Both the position numbers and the translations under genes were made by a program. Shown one piece after another: positions 31,739 through 40,603 of a stretch of 64,000 bases of DNA (the first letter of the stretch is position 1; each line of letters begins with the position of its first letter). A model generated the notes under the pieces. It saw nothing but the letters and a program-made list of their open reading frames with translations. It had not been told where the DNA came from and made no database searches. Source of the DNA: an uncultured Acidobacteriota bacterium (GTDB taxonomy: Bacteria; Acidobacteriota; UBA6911). The stretch is taken from assembly GCA_963827655.1 (NCBI GenBank), contig CAWHCF010000051.1, positions 13,322 through 77,321 of the forward strand, written 5' to 3'.

Positions 31739-31880
31739 TATGGCTGTGATTACTCGACCATTCTTGCGCCGCTGGCTCGTTCTTGCGCACTCAAGAGGCG
31801 GCTCTTAGACAAGGGATCCATTGTCCGTGGTTAACGTGAGAGCTCGATTGGGAAAAAGCAGGTCAAGCGGGGCAATCCGC

Positions 31881-33114
31881 ATGCTGCTCCGCTGCGGCGT
31901 GATTCTGGCGCTTGGGGGTCACCTCTGGTTCGGGAACGTTGCGGCGCAAGGTCCGCCGGCTCCTTCCAAACCGGAAAAGGGGGAGTCTTTTACCGTGAGT
32001 GCGGAGGACGTTGTCCGGACTTTGCTGGTGACCGGAGAATTACGCGCGTCGCGGTCCCGCGATATCCTGGTTCCGGACGTGAGGAGATCGTTCGGCGCCA
32101 GCATCACATTCCTGGTTCCGGAAGGCTCCCAGGTAAAGCAGGGGGAGCGCATCCTCGAGTTTGATGCCACGAGCACACTCAGCCAGAAAGCCGAATCGGA
32201 ACGCAAGCTTGACGAGGCCAAGCTCAAAATCGAGAAAACCAAGGCGGATACCGAGGCTCTGCGCTGCGATCTCTTGAACGAGCTGGCACTCGCGGAAGGT
32301 AATTTGAAGGTGGCCGAGCTCTACGGCAAAATCAGCCAGGAACTTCTTCCGGCAAACCAGTATCAGAAATACCAGCTGGATCTGGAGAAGGCGAGGCTCG
32401 CCCTGGACAAGGCAAAGGAACGACTGGCCAACCACGAGGACAGCATCCCTGCCCAGCTCGCGCTGGTCGAGCTGGAGCGTGAGCAGGCCGAAATCGAATT
32501 GAAGAAAATCGACGCCGATCTTGCGCTGCTCGAAGTGGACGCGCCGCAGGGCGGCATCATTATTTACGGTGACAATTGGGCCAACAACAGGAAGGTTCAG
32601 GTCGGCGATACCCTCTTCCCGCGCATGACGGTGTCTGACTCTGCCCGATCTTTCCAGCTTGCAAGTCATCGGTCACGTCTACGACACCGAGGTGCGATTC
32701 CTCTCTGCGGGAATGACCTGCGAGTTCAGTCTCGACGCGGTTCCGGGAAGAGTATGGCGGGGGAAAATAGCTTCCCTGACCAGTGTCGCCACGCGCAAGG
32801 GGTTCGCATCTCAGCACAAGGTTTTCCGCGCGGTCATCGAACCCGAGGCTGTGGATCTGACGGTAATGAAGCCGGGAATGACGGTTCGTGTGGAACTCCC
32901 CCTGGCCCTGGCATCGCGCGCTATTGCCATTCCGCGCGAGTTTCTGGGCGTCGACCTTCGGAGAGAGTATTACGTGAAGAAAGGAACCAGTCTGGGGACG
33001 GCCACGATCCAACCCGTGAAGGTCGGGGTCTTCAGCTACCGGCTGGTGCAGATCCTGGACGGGCTCAAAGCCGGAGACACTATCGTTCCGCTTCGTCCAG
33101 CGGGGAGCATGTGA
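31881..33114 (+). CDS. Efflux periplasmic adaptor (MFP/HlyD family) 1 (frameshift near 32635; start may be 31821)
   Basis: LVPEGSQVKQGERILEFD lipoyl half, coiled coil, VDAPQGGII; C-terminus in ORF 32659..33114 (MKPGMTVRVE). Confidence 0.85.
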
Positions 33115-34349
33115 TGTCGCGGAAATCGACCGTTTATCTGGCAGTCATCATCCTCCTGGCTTCGGGAATTCTCGGTTTCTGGCTTTATCGCTCGTCACGT
33201 AGCGTAGCGCTAGCGGCAGCCGCCGAAAAGGATCTATTGACCGTTACCCGCGCGGACTTCCCCTTGATCGCCACGGCCCCGGGAATCCTGGAATCTCCCC
33301 GCAGCGTCAGTATCGGTCCGCCGCGAGTTCCCCGGGAGAATCGTTTCAGGCTGGCGCGCATGGTGGAGGAAGGAAAACACGTTTCCGAGGGGGACTTTCT
33401 CCTGGAATTCGACGGCTCGGACCTCAACCGCAGGCTGCGCGAAGACACGGCGAACTTTCAGCGGGTTCAGGAGGAATATCAAAAGAAGCGCTCCGACTTC
33501 GACATCCAGGTGCGAGACCTGAAGCTGCAGCTCGAGCAGGCCAAGGCCGATCTTGACAAACTCGAGAACAAGCTGAGCCGCCAGGCTGAGCTGGAAAGCG
33601 CCATAGTCATAGCCGAGACCCAGATCCGGCGCGACATGGCCAAAAAGAAAGTTGAGCTGCTCGCCAAAAAGCTGGACCACGTCACCGAGAGCGGACGGAT
33701 CGATCTTCAGATTTCGCGCACCAACGAGAACCACTACCGATCGCGCATGGATACCTTGCTGGATGCGATCGAATCGCTCACGGTAACCTCCCCGGTTGCC
33801 GGCGTGGTCATTTACAAGCGCGACTGGAACAACGAGCCGCGGCAGGTAGGAAGCTACGTTTTTGTGCTCGACACCGTGCTGGAGATACCCGACCTGTCGT
33901 CCATGCGCGCGAAGGTCATGGTGGACGAGGTCGACGCCGGCAAGGTTCAGGTAGGGCAGGAAGCCCGGGTCCTGGTGGACGCCCTGCAGGGAAGAGTATT
34001 CTCCGGAAAGGTGGCCTCGATCAGCGCCATTCTGAAGCAGGCGGCATTCGACCGCCCCCAAAGGATTGCCGAGGCGCTGGTGGAATTACAGAGCTCGGAG
34101 ATCAAACAACTGCGGCCCGGCATGAGCGCGCGCGCGCAGATCCAGGTAGGCCGGCACTCCGATGTCGTGGTGATCCCGCTGGCGAGCATTCAGGAGCGGA
34201 ACGGACAATCGCTGGTTCAGGTCTGGAATGCCGAGAAACTCACTTATGACTGGCAGTCGGTTCAGCTGCTCACCAACGACGGAGTGTCCGCGGTGATCAG
34301 TTCCGGATTGCAACCCGGGCAGCGGATCCGGGCCACGCCGAAGGCCTGA
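33114..34349 (+). CDS. Efflux periplasmic adaptor (MFP/HlyD family) 2
   Basis: ATG overlaps the previous TGA (GTGATG); N-terminal TM, MVEEGKHVSEGDFLLEFD, VTSPVAGVV, LRPGMSA. Confidence 0.88.
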   Translation: MSRKSTVYLAVIILLASGILGFWLYRSSRSVALAAAAEKDLLTVTRADFPLIATAPGILESPRSVSIGPPRVPRENRFRLARMVEEGKHVSEGDFLLEFDGSDLNRRLREDTANFQRVQEEYQKKRSDFDIQVRDLKLQLEQAKADLDKLENKLSRQAELESAIVIAETQIRRDMAKKKVELLAKKLDHVTESGRIDLQISRTNENHYRSRMDTLLDAIESLTVTSPVAGVVIYKRDWNNEPRQVGSYVFVLDTVLEIPDLSSMRAKVMVDEVDAGKVQVGQEARVLVDALQGRVFSGKVASISAILKQAAFDRPQRIAEALVELQSSEIKQLRPGMSARAQIQVGRHSDVVVIPLASIQERNGQSLVQVWNAEKLTYDWQSVQLLTNDGVSAVISSGLQPGQRIRATPKA

Positions 34350-34387
34350 CGCCTGATGGCTCGGAGCCTTCGTGGGCGGAAAAAACC

Positions 34388-34497
34388 AACCATGGAGACT
34401 CAAGGTTGGTTAGGGGACTTCGATCCGAACCAAAGGCTCTTCTGAACGACAACAGGTTGGTTTGAACATCTCGCAAAGCCTCCAAGAAACGATGAGC
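34388..34497. repeat. ~105-bp structured intergenic element, copy 2
   Basis: Aligns with 3104..3212; hairpin TTGGTTAGGG-N-TCCGAACCAA. Confidence 0.65.
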
Positions 34498-34549
34498 TGG
34501 CGGAGACGGAATACAAAAGGAAGCACGATGACTTATCGCAGTCAAGAAT

Positions 34550-35902
34550 TTGAAACCACGTCCGAAGAGCCGTAACACTCGAGCGGTCCAGCTCGTCTTT
34601 CTCCTGGCGATCGTGGCCACGGCGGCCGCGGCTCTCGCCTATCGGGAGCCGCTGTGGGGCCGGGTCACACGGGTCCTGGCTACCGCGAACGAAGAACCCA
34701 TCCCGACCCAGAACCTCGAGAGGGTTTCTTTCAGGCTGGAAACGCCAGCCGTGGGCGAGATCATCGGTCTGGAAACCGTACCGGTTCCAACGCCCAGCAC
34801 GCGCGGCGGGGGCCTCAAAATAGCCTGGTTGATACCCGAGGGGAGCTTTATCAAGCCGGGTGATACCGTGGTCCGGTTTGACAGCACCGATGCGCAGCTG
34901 AATCTGGAACAGCAACAGAACACGCTCGAAGCCAACCAGGAACGGACCAAAATCACCACGGGCAAGCAGACCACGGACGAGAAGGTTCTGGGAATCGACC
35001 GGACCGATGCCGAAAAAGAGTACCAGCATGCCATGACGGTCATGCCGCAGGACGAGACGATCTTTTCGAAATGGGATATCATCGAAGCCAAGATCAATGC
35101 CGGCTTTGCCAAGGAACGGATCAATTTCCTGTCAAACAAGGGAAGGGTCCAGAAGCGAATCGCGCGCGCAGACCAGCAGATACTGGCGATCGAGAAGAAC
35201 AAGGCGCGCGCCGAGATCTCCGTCGCCCAGCAGACGCTCGATTCTCTCGAGTTGAGGGCTCCCAAGGGGGGACTTGTCCTGTACCGGCGAGATCGGATGC
35301 GGGAGCCCCAGGTGGGCGAAGAGTCCTGGCCCGGTCAGGTGCTGGTGGAGGTCGTGGATCTGCACGCGCTCCAGGCGCGAATCTACGTTCTGGAGAGGGA
35401 TGCGGCGGGACTGGCTCAGGACAAAGCGGTTACTATTCGACTCGACTCAATTCCGGAGAAGACCTTCCACGGAACCATAAACTCGGTGGCTTCGCTGGCA
35501 CAAACCCTCGAGCGCAACTCGCCGCTGAAATATTTCGCCTGCCAGGTTACCGTCCAGGACGCTTACGAAGACATGCCGCGCATCAAGCCTGGAATGTCGC
35601 TGAAGGCGGACGTGATTCTCGAGAAATACGACTCATGCTTCGTAGTCCCGGCCAGTGCCATCACCCTCAAGGGCGCGGAGGCTCTGGTTCATGTGAAACA
35701 GGGAGACCGTTTCGTGCCCAGGCCCGTCACAATCGGCACCGGTACTCACGGGCAGTCCGTCGTATTGAGCGGCGTCAAGGATAACGAAACCATAGCAATG
35801 CGAAATCCCTTCGAAACCCGCAAGGCTCACCTGCCCGATTTCAGCAAGGCATCGGCGACGGGGTCCGGCATGGGTGGGGGGATGCGCATGATGATACGCT
35901 GA
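34550..35902 (+). CDS. Efflux periplasmic adaptor (MFP/HlyD family) 3
   Basis: LIPEGSFIKPGDTVVRFD, LRAPKGGLV, IKPGMSL, VVPASAI. Confidence 0.88.
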   Translation: MKPRPKSRNTRAVQLVFLLAIVATAAAALAYREPLWGRVTRVLATANEEPIPTQNLERVSFRLETPAVGEIIGLETVPVPTPSTRGGGLKIAWLIPEGSFIKPGDTVVRFDSTDAQLNLEQQQNTLEANQERTKITTGKQTTDEKVLGIDRTDAEKEYQHAMTVMPQDETIFSKWDIIEAKINAGFAKERINFLSNKGRVQKRIARADQQILAIEKNKARAEISVAQQTLDSLELRAPKGGLVLYRRDRMREPQVGEESWPGQVLVEVVDLHALQARIYVLERDAAGLAQDKAVTIRLDSIPEKTFHGTINSVASLAQTLERNSPLKYFACQVTVQDAYEDMPRIKPGMSLKADVILEKYDSCFVVPASAITLKGAEALVHVKQGDRFVPRPVTIGTGTHGQSVVLSGVKDNETIAMRNPFETRKAHLPDFSKASATGSGMGGGMRMMIR

Positions 35903-35989
35903 GGCGAGCTTCTCCATCGCATCAGCATCCGCCATAGTATTCGGCGAACGCCTTCCCAGTTTGGAATGAAATACAAGCATTGATTCAAT

Positions 35990-36023
35990 CTGAAAGCTGA
36001 CGGCTGATGCTGACGGCTGACGG
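35990..36023. repeat. CTGACGG-type heptamer tandem array
   Basis: CTGAAAG CTGACGG CTGATG CTGACGG CTGACGG. Confidence 0.75.
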
Positions 36024-36046
36024 GTCTTTGCGACTTCGCGGTAACC

Positions 36047-37282
36047 ATGTTCAGTTTCGAAAGTATTCGCGGCGCTCTCAGTAACCTCGGCCGGCGGAAG
36101 CTCCGCTCCTTCTTGACCATGCTGGGAATGATCTTCGGCGTGGGGGCCGTGATCGCCATGCTCTCGATCGGCGCGGGAGCGGAACGGGAGAGCCTCAGGA
36201 TTATCGAGAATTTCGGCATCCGCAACATCATCATTCAAGCCAAGGAATTCAAACAGGAAGAGCTGAAGCAGATCCGCACGGAATCGCTCGGGCTCGCGCT
36301 GCGCGACCTGGAGGCGCTCGAGGCCGTGCTTAAGCCGAAGCCGCTGGTCTCAGCCAAGAGGGTGGTCAAGACTTTTCAGGTGATCTCCGACAAGGGACGA
36401 AGCGACAGCCGCGTCCTTGGAGTCAGCAGTACCTTTCCCACGATTCAAAACCTGAAGCTTGTCCAGGGCTCGTTCTTTCTCCCCTTCGATGAAGAGGCCT
36501 CCAATCAGGTCTGTGTTCTGGGGATGACCGCCAAGCAAAAGCTGTTCGGATTCGGCACCGTCCTGGGCGAGCGGATCAAAATCAATGACCAGTGGTCGAC
36601 CGTCATCGGCGTTCTCGCCGACGCGAACGTGGAGAAGCAGGAATTCGAAGGGGTAAAAATCCAGAATCCAAACAACGACATCTACATTCCCATCACGACC
36701 TCGTTAAAAAAATTCGAGAGGGACACGCTCGACAACGAGCTCCATGAAGTCGTAGTCCAGGTAGCGGACAGAGGGGATCTGAGGGAGCAGGCGGCTGCCA
36801 TCAGCAATCTCATGTCGACGATGCACCGCTACGTGGATGACTATTCGCTGATCGTGCCGGAAAAACTGCTGGAACAGAATCAGAAGACCCAGGGTATCTT
36901 CAACATCGTGATGGGAGCTATCGCCAGCATCTCCCTTCTGGTGGGGGGAATCGGAATCATGAACATCATGCTGGCTTCGGTTCTCGAGCGGACGACCGAG
37001 ATAGGACTGCGGCGAGCGATCGGGGCCCGCAAGCGCGACATCCGGGTTCAATTCATAGCCGAGGCGCTGGGGCTTAGCCTCGCGGGCGGCCTCGCGGGTA
37101 TCGCCCTGGGATACGCCATCTCACGGGGGGTGGCCATCTATTCCGGGTGGAGCACTATAATCACGGCAGCCTCGATAGGCTTGTCGTTCGGAGTCAGCTC
37201 GCTGGTAGGGCTGATCTTCGGCATCTACCCCGCCGTCCAGGCGTCTAATCTCGATCCCATCGAGTGCCTGCGCTACGAGTAG
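36047..37282 (+). CDS. ABC transporter permease, MacB/FtsX family (no fused ATPase)
   Basis: LRSFLTMLGMIFGVGAVI, ISLLVGGIGIMNIMLASVLERTTEIGLRRAIGA, DPIECLRYE. Confidence 0.95.
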   Translation: MFSFESIRGALSNLGRRKLRSFLTMLGMIFGVGAVIAMLSIGAGAERESLRIIENFGIRNIIIQAKEFKQEELKQIRTESLGLALRDLEALEAVLKPKPLVSAKRVVKTFQVISDKGRSDSRVLGVSSTFPTIQNLKLVQGSFFLPFDEEASNQVCVLGMTAKQKLFGFGTVLGERIKINDQWSTVIGVLADANVEKQEFEGVKIQNPNNDIYIPITTSLKKFERDTLDNELHEVVVQVADRGDLREQAAAISNLMSTMHRYVDDYSLIVPEKLLEQNQKTQGIFNIVMGAIASISLLVGGIGIMNIMLASVLERTTEIGLRRAIGARKRDIRVQFIAEALGLSLAGGLAGIALGYAISRGVAIYSGWSTIITAASIGLSFGVSSLVGLIFGIYPAVQASNLDPIECLRYE

Positions 37283-37327
37283 GGTTGTGTTTCTTGGCGT
37301 CTTGGTGTCTTCGTGGTTAGGCTGAAG

Positions 37328-38632
37328 TCAGGGCCGGTTGAGATACTTTTCGTAGAGCCGGGTGTGTTTGGTTTCGAGGCTGACATTCTTTCCGGCGATA
37401 AACAGATGTTTCACCTGTGTCCGTATCTCGAGCAAGTCGCCGTCCGTAACCACGAGGTCGGCGATTTTCCCAGTCTCAATGCTTCCCACTTTGGCTGCCA
37501 CACCCAGGATTTCCGCGGGATTCAGAGTCACGGCCTTCAGCGCGTCTTCGTGAGAAAGGCCGTAGGCCTCGGCGAACCCGGCTTCGTAGGGCAGATTCCT
37601 GACTTCTGAGCTGCTCGACGAGGTCAGTGCGAACTTGATCCCGGCCCTTGCCAGATCGCGGGGCAGCGTGAACCGGGCGTCATAAGGATCGTCCTCCCGG
37701 TCGGGCAAGGCGACGATCGAGCCGAGTATGACCGGAATATTCTCTCGCTTCAAAAGCTCCGCTGTCTTGTTGGCCTCGCGTCCGCCCTGGAGAACGACCT
37801 TCAGCTTCTCTTTCCTGGCGAAGTCGACCGCGTTCTTGATGTCGCGTTCGGAATCAGCCTGCAGGAATACCGGCAATTCTCCTTTGATCACCGGAACCAG
37901 GGCTTCGAGCTTCCGATCTCTTTCCGTGCCGGGATTGGCTCCGCGAGCTTTGTCGTAGTGGCGGGCCGCCTCGAACAGATCGGACAGTTCCTTGACTCGC
38001 TTTTCGTAATTGCGCTTGATTTCAGCGAAGCTTCGTCGCTGCGCGCCGCCCCGGCCCCCGCCGCCGGCGCGAGAACGTTGAGCCGGGTCGAGACTCGGAA
38101 AGTCAAGGACCAGTCCCGCAGATTTCAGGAGGGCCATTTCGTCAACAGTCCAGCCGTCGAGATGGAGCAAGGTCGCCTGGCCCGCGATGATGCCGCCCGA
38201 AGGGGCGCTCACACTGGCCGTGATGCCGTTCACGCGGGCAACGGGAATGTGTTCGCTGGCTGGGTGGATGGCGGTGAATGCCAGCAGGTGAGGATTATAG
38301 TCACCCATCTCGGAGGCGTCGTTGGTGGCCGGAACCGATGTGATCTCGGTCAGCCCCAGATTGCTCCAGGCATTGATCATCCCGGGATAAACTTCGAGTC
38401 CCTGACCGTTGATTATCTGCGCGCCGGCCGGAATCTTCACCCCCGCACCGACGGCGGCAATCTTGCCATCAACGACAACCACGGTGGCGCGAGACAGCGT
38501 TCCGGACGAGCCCAGGGTGTGAACCTTGGCGTCTCGTATGGCATAGACCCGGTTGTCGCCGGCCGCCCACCCGGCCAGCGCAAGAGCGGAGAGCGCAAGC
38601 GTCCAGTTCACCAGTGTGATTGGTTTTCTCAT
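37328..38632 (-). CDS. Amidohydrolase-family protein, secreted, lacking the HxH metal ligands
   Basis: VYPGMINAWSNLG in place of DxHxH; TLNPAEILG, GSIETGKIADLVV. Confidence 0.85.
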   Translation of the reverse strand: MRKPITLVNWTLALSALALAGWAAGDNRVYAIRDAKVHTLGSSGTLSRATVVVVDGKIAAVGAGVKIPAGAQIINGQGLEVYPGMINAWSNLGLTEITSVPATNDASEMGDYNPHLLAFTAIHPASEHIPVARVNGITASVSAPSGGIIAGQATLLHLDGWTVDEMALLKSAGLVLDFPSLDPAQRSRAGGGGRGGAQRRSFAEIKRNYEKRVKELSDLFEAARHYDKARGANPGTERDRKLEALVPVIKGELPVFLQADSERDIKNAVDFARKEKLKVVLQGGREANKTAELLKRENIPVILGSIVALPDREDDPYDARFTLPRDLARAGIKFALTSSSSSEVRNLPYEAGFAEAYGLSHEDALKAVTLNPAEILGVAAKVGSIETGKIADLVVTDGDLLEIRTQVKHLFIAGKNVSLETKHTRLYEKYLNRP

Positions 38633-38643
38633 GATCAACCTCG

Positions 38644-40065
38644 TTATTCTTCCGGTGGAGCCGCAGCTGTCGCGGTGACGTCCGTGGGTGGTCCGCGGCG
38701 GGAATCCGGGCGGCGCTCACGATCCTGGTTCTTCCGGTCCATTTCCTTGAGCTCCTTCCGTTCCTTTTCCGTCAGCTGCCGCAGTTCCAGGTCTCTCTTC
38801 ACATCGAAATAGACCTGACCGTCGATCAGGACCTTTTGCGCAACAGCGTAGACACTCAGGGGATGCCGGTTATAGATCACCAGGTCCGCATCCTTGCCCG
38901 GATCAATCGAACCGACGCGCTGGTCGACGCGCAGTTGCTTCGCTGGATTCAGTGTAACGAGCGCCAGCGCTTCCTGCTCGCTGAGCCCGCCGTATTTCAT
39001 GCACTTTGCCGCCTCCTGATTCAGGTGGCGGGCCTCTTCCGCGCTGTCGGAGTTGATCGATACCAGGACCCCTTTGCGCGTCATGATGGCCGCGTTGTGG
39101 GGTATGGCGTCATAAGCCTCGACCTTGTAGGCCCACCAGTCGGAGAAGGTCGACGCGCCGGCGCCGTGGGCGGCGATCTCCCTGGCGACCTTGTAGCCTT
39201 CAAGCACGTGCTGGAAAGTGGCGATCTTGAAACCAAACTCGTCCGCCAGGCGAATGAGCATCAGAATCTCGTCGGCGCGGTAGCCGTGAGAGTGCACCAG
39301 CCGCTCGCCGCGCAAGACCTCGGCCAGCGCTTCCAGCTTCAAGTCTCTGCGCGGAGGTATGGCAGTCCGCTCTCCGCCGGCGGCGCGTTTCTTGTAGTCG
39401 TCCCATCTCTGCATGTACGTCCGCGCCTCAATAAAGGCTTCGCGGATCACGTCCTCGACCCCCATGCGCGTCTGGGGATACCGGCCCGGCGTCGTGCTCG
39501 GCCCGGCGCTGCGGGAGCGCTTCGGGTTCTCGCCCAGAGCGAACTTTATTCCCGGTTGGGCGCCTTCAAAAATGAGCCCTTTTGCGTCCTTCCCCCAGCG
39601 CAGCTTGATCAGCTGGTTGCGGCCGCCGATCGGGTTCGCGCTGCCGTGAAGAATATTGGAGGAGGTGACTCCCCCCGCCAGGTCGCGATAGATGTTGATG
39701 TCGGTTGAATCAATGACATCCTCGACACCGACCATGGCCGTCACTGCCAGGCTCCCTTCGTTCACGCCGCCGGCGGTCGCGATATGCGAATGGCAGTCGA
39801 TAATTCCGGGCATTACATACTGCCCGGAGCCGTCGATGACGGTTGCCCCGGCCGGGGCTTTCACCTCGGGCCCGACCTCGGCGATCTTGCCGTCGCGGAT
39901 GAGTATCGACCCCTTGGGAATGGTGCCGTGGGACACGGTCAGAATCGTCGCGTCCTTGATCAACGTCAGGCCGGCGCTTGAAGCGGCTGACTGGGGATCG
40001 AATGCCAGCAGATACGAGGCGCACGCGATGAGTATCAAGGCTGCGGTCAAAACATTTCTCTTCAT
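38644..40065 (-). CDS. Amidohydrolase-family protein, secreted, catalytic type
   Basis: [52 protein letters not shown]. Confidence 0.92.
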   Translation of the reverse strand: MKRNVLTAALILIACASYLLAFDPQSAASSAGLTLIKDATILTVSHGTIPKGSILIRDGKIAEVGPEVKAPAGATVIDGSGQYVMPGIIDCHSHIATAGGVNEGSLAVTAMVGVEDVIDSTDINIYRDLAGGVTSSNILHGSANPIGGRNQLIKLRWGKDAKGLIFEGAQPGIKFALGENPKRSRSAGPSTTPGRYPQTRMGVEDVIREAFIEARTYMQRWDDYKKRAAGGERTAIPPRRDLKLEALAEVLRGERLVHSHGYRADEILMLIRLADEFGFKIATFQHVLEGYKVAREIAAHGAGASTFSDWWAYKVEAYDAIPHNAAIMTRKGVLVSINSDSAEEARHLNQEAAKCMKYGGLSEQEALALVTLNPAKQLRVDQRVGSIDPGKDADLVIYNRHPLSVYAVAQKVLIDGQVYFDVKRDLELRQLTEKERKELKEMDRKNQDRERRPDSRRGPPTDVTATAAAPPEE

Positions 40066-40095
40066 GATCTACGGCCTTTCTGGTGGTGCCGGCAT

Positions 40096-40568
40096 AGAAG
40101 CCAGGAGTCAGAAGTCAGAAGCCAGAATCGCCTTTGCATATGCATTCAGCAGGCGGCTGACTTCCTCCAGGAGATTCATCCTTCCTTCTTGAGGTCTACC
40201 GTAACCTAGGTCGTGTGCCAGCATCAGGTAGTAGCGGCTCTCTTCAAGCGAACCCTCGGCAATGTTCATGAATCGCGCTTTGTCGGCCTTGCCTCGCCGC
40301 TTGAAACCTTCTGCAACGTTCGCCGGTATGGACACGGCGGCCTTTCGCATTTGCTGCACCAGGCCATAGATCTCGCGCTGCGGGAACGATTCCGTGTAAC
40401 GATACACTTCGAGCACAAATTCATGAGCTTTCTGCCATACCAGTAGATCGCGGAAGGTCTTTGCGCTTGGCCGCTGTGCTTGCATCATATTACTCCATCT
40501 CGTGATGTTATCCTTTCAGGTAGTGCGACCCCCTTCTTGCTCCTGACTCCTGACTTCTTGCTTCTGAC
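40096..40568. mobile_element. Candidate element: four-helix-bundle gene bracketed by inverted AGAAGTC-type heptamer arrays
   Basis: Left arm 40096..40127 AGAAGCCAGGAGTCAGAAGTCAGAAGCCAGAA; right arm 40534..40568 TTCTTGCTCCTGACTCCTGACTTCTTGCTTCTGAC. Mobility is inferred, not shown. Confidence 0.55.
40108..40488 (-). CDS. Four helix bundle protein (23S rRNA IVS protein / TIGR02436 family)
   Basis: FRDLLVWQKA, FPQREIYGLVQQMRKAAVSIPANVAEG, IAEGSLEE..Y.L.LA.DLGY. Confidence 0.95.
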   Translation of the reverse strand: MMQAQRPSAKTFRDLLVWQKAHEFVLEVYRYTESFPQREIYGLVQQMRKAAVSIPANVAEGFKRRGKADKARFMNIAEGSLEESRYYLMLAHDLGYGRPQEGRMNLLEEVSRLLNAYAKAILASDF

Positions 40569-40603
40569 GTGAACAAAATTCTTCGTAAGCTCGGGCCAAC
40601 GGT

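Noticed and set aside
31821-34349. 842-aa double-MFP fusion protein
   Set aside because: Artefact of a frameshift near 32635: the middle ~160 aa is off-frame junk, MFP1's true C-terminus is in ORF 32659..33114, and MFP2 starts at an overlapping ATG.
40108-40488. Diversity-generating retroelement (Avd-like gene, plus the 62998/63422 near-repeat as TR/VR)
   Set aside because: There is no reverse transcriptase in the window, the repeat mismatches are not adenine-specific (5 of 10 involve no A), and the repeat is at a gene 5' end 22 kb away.
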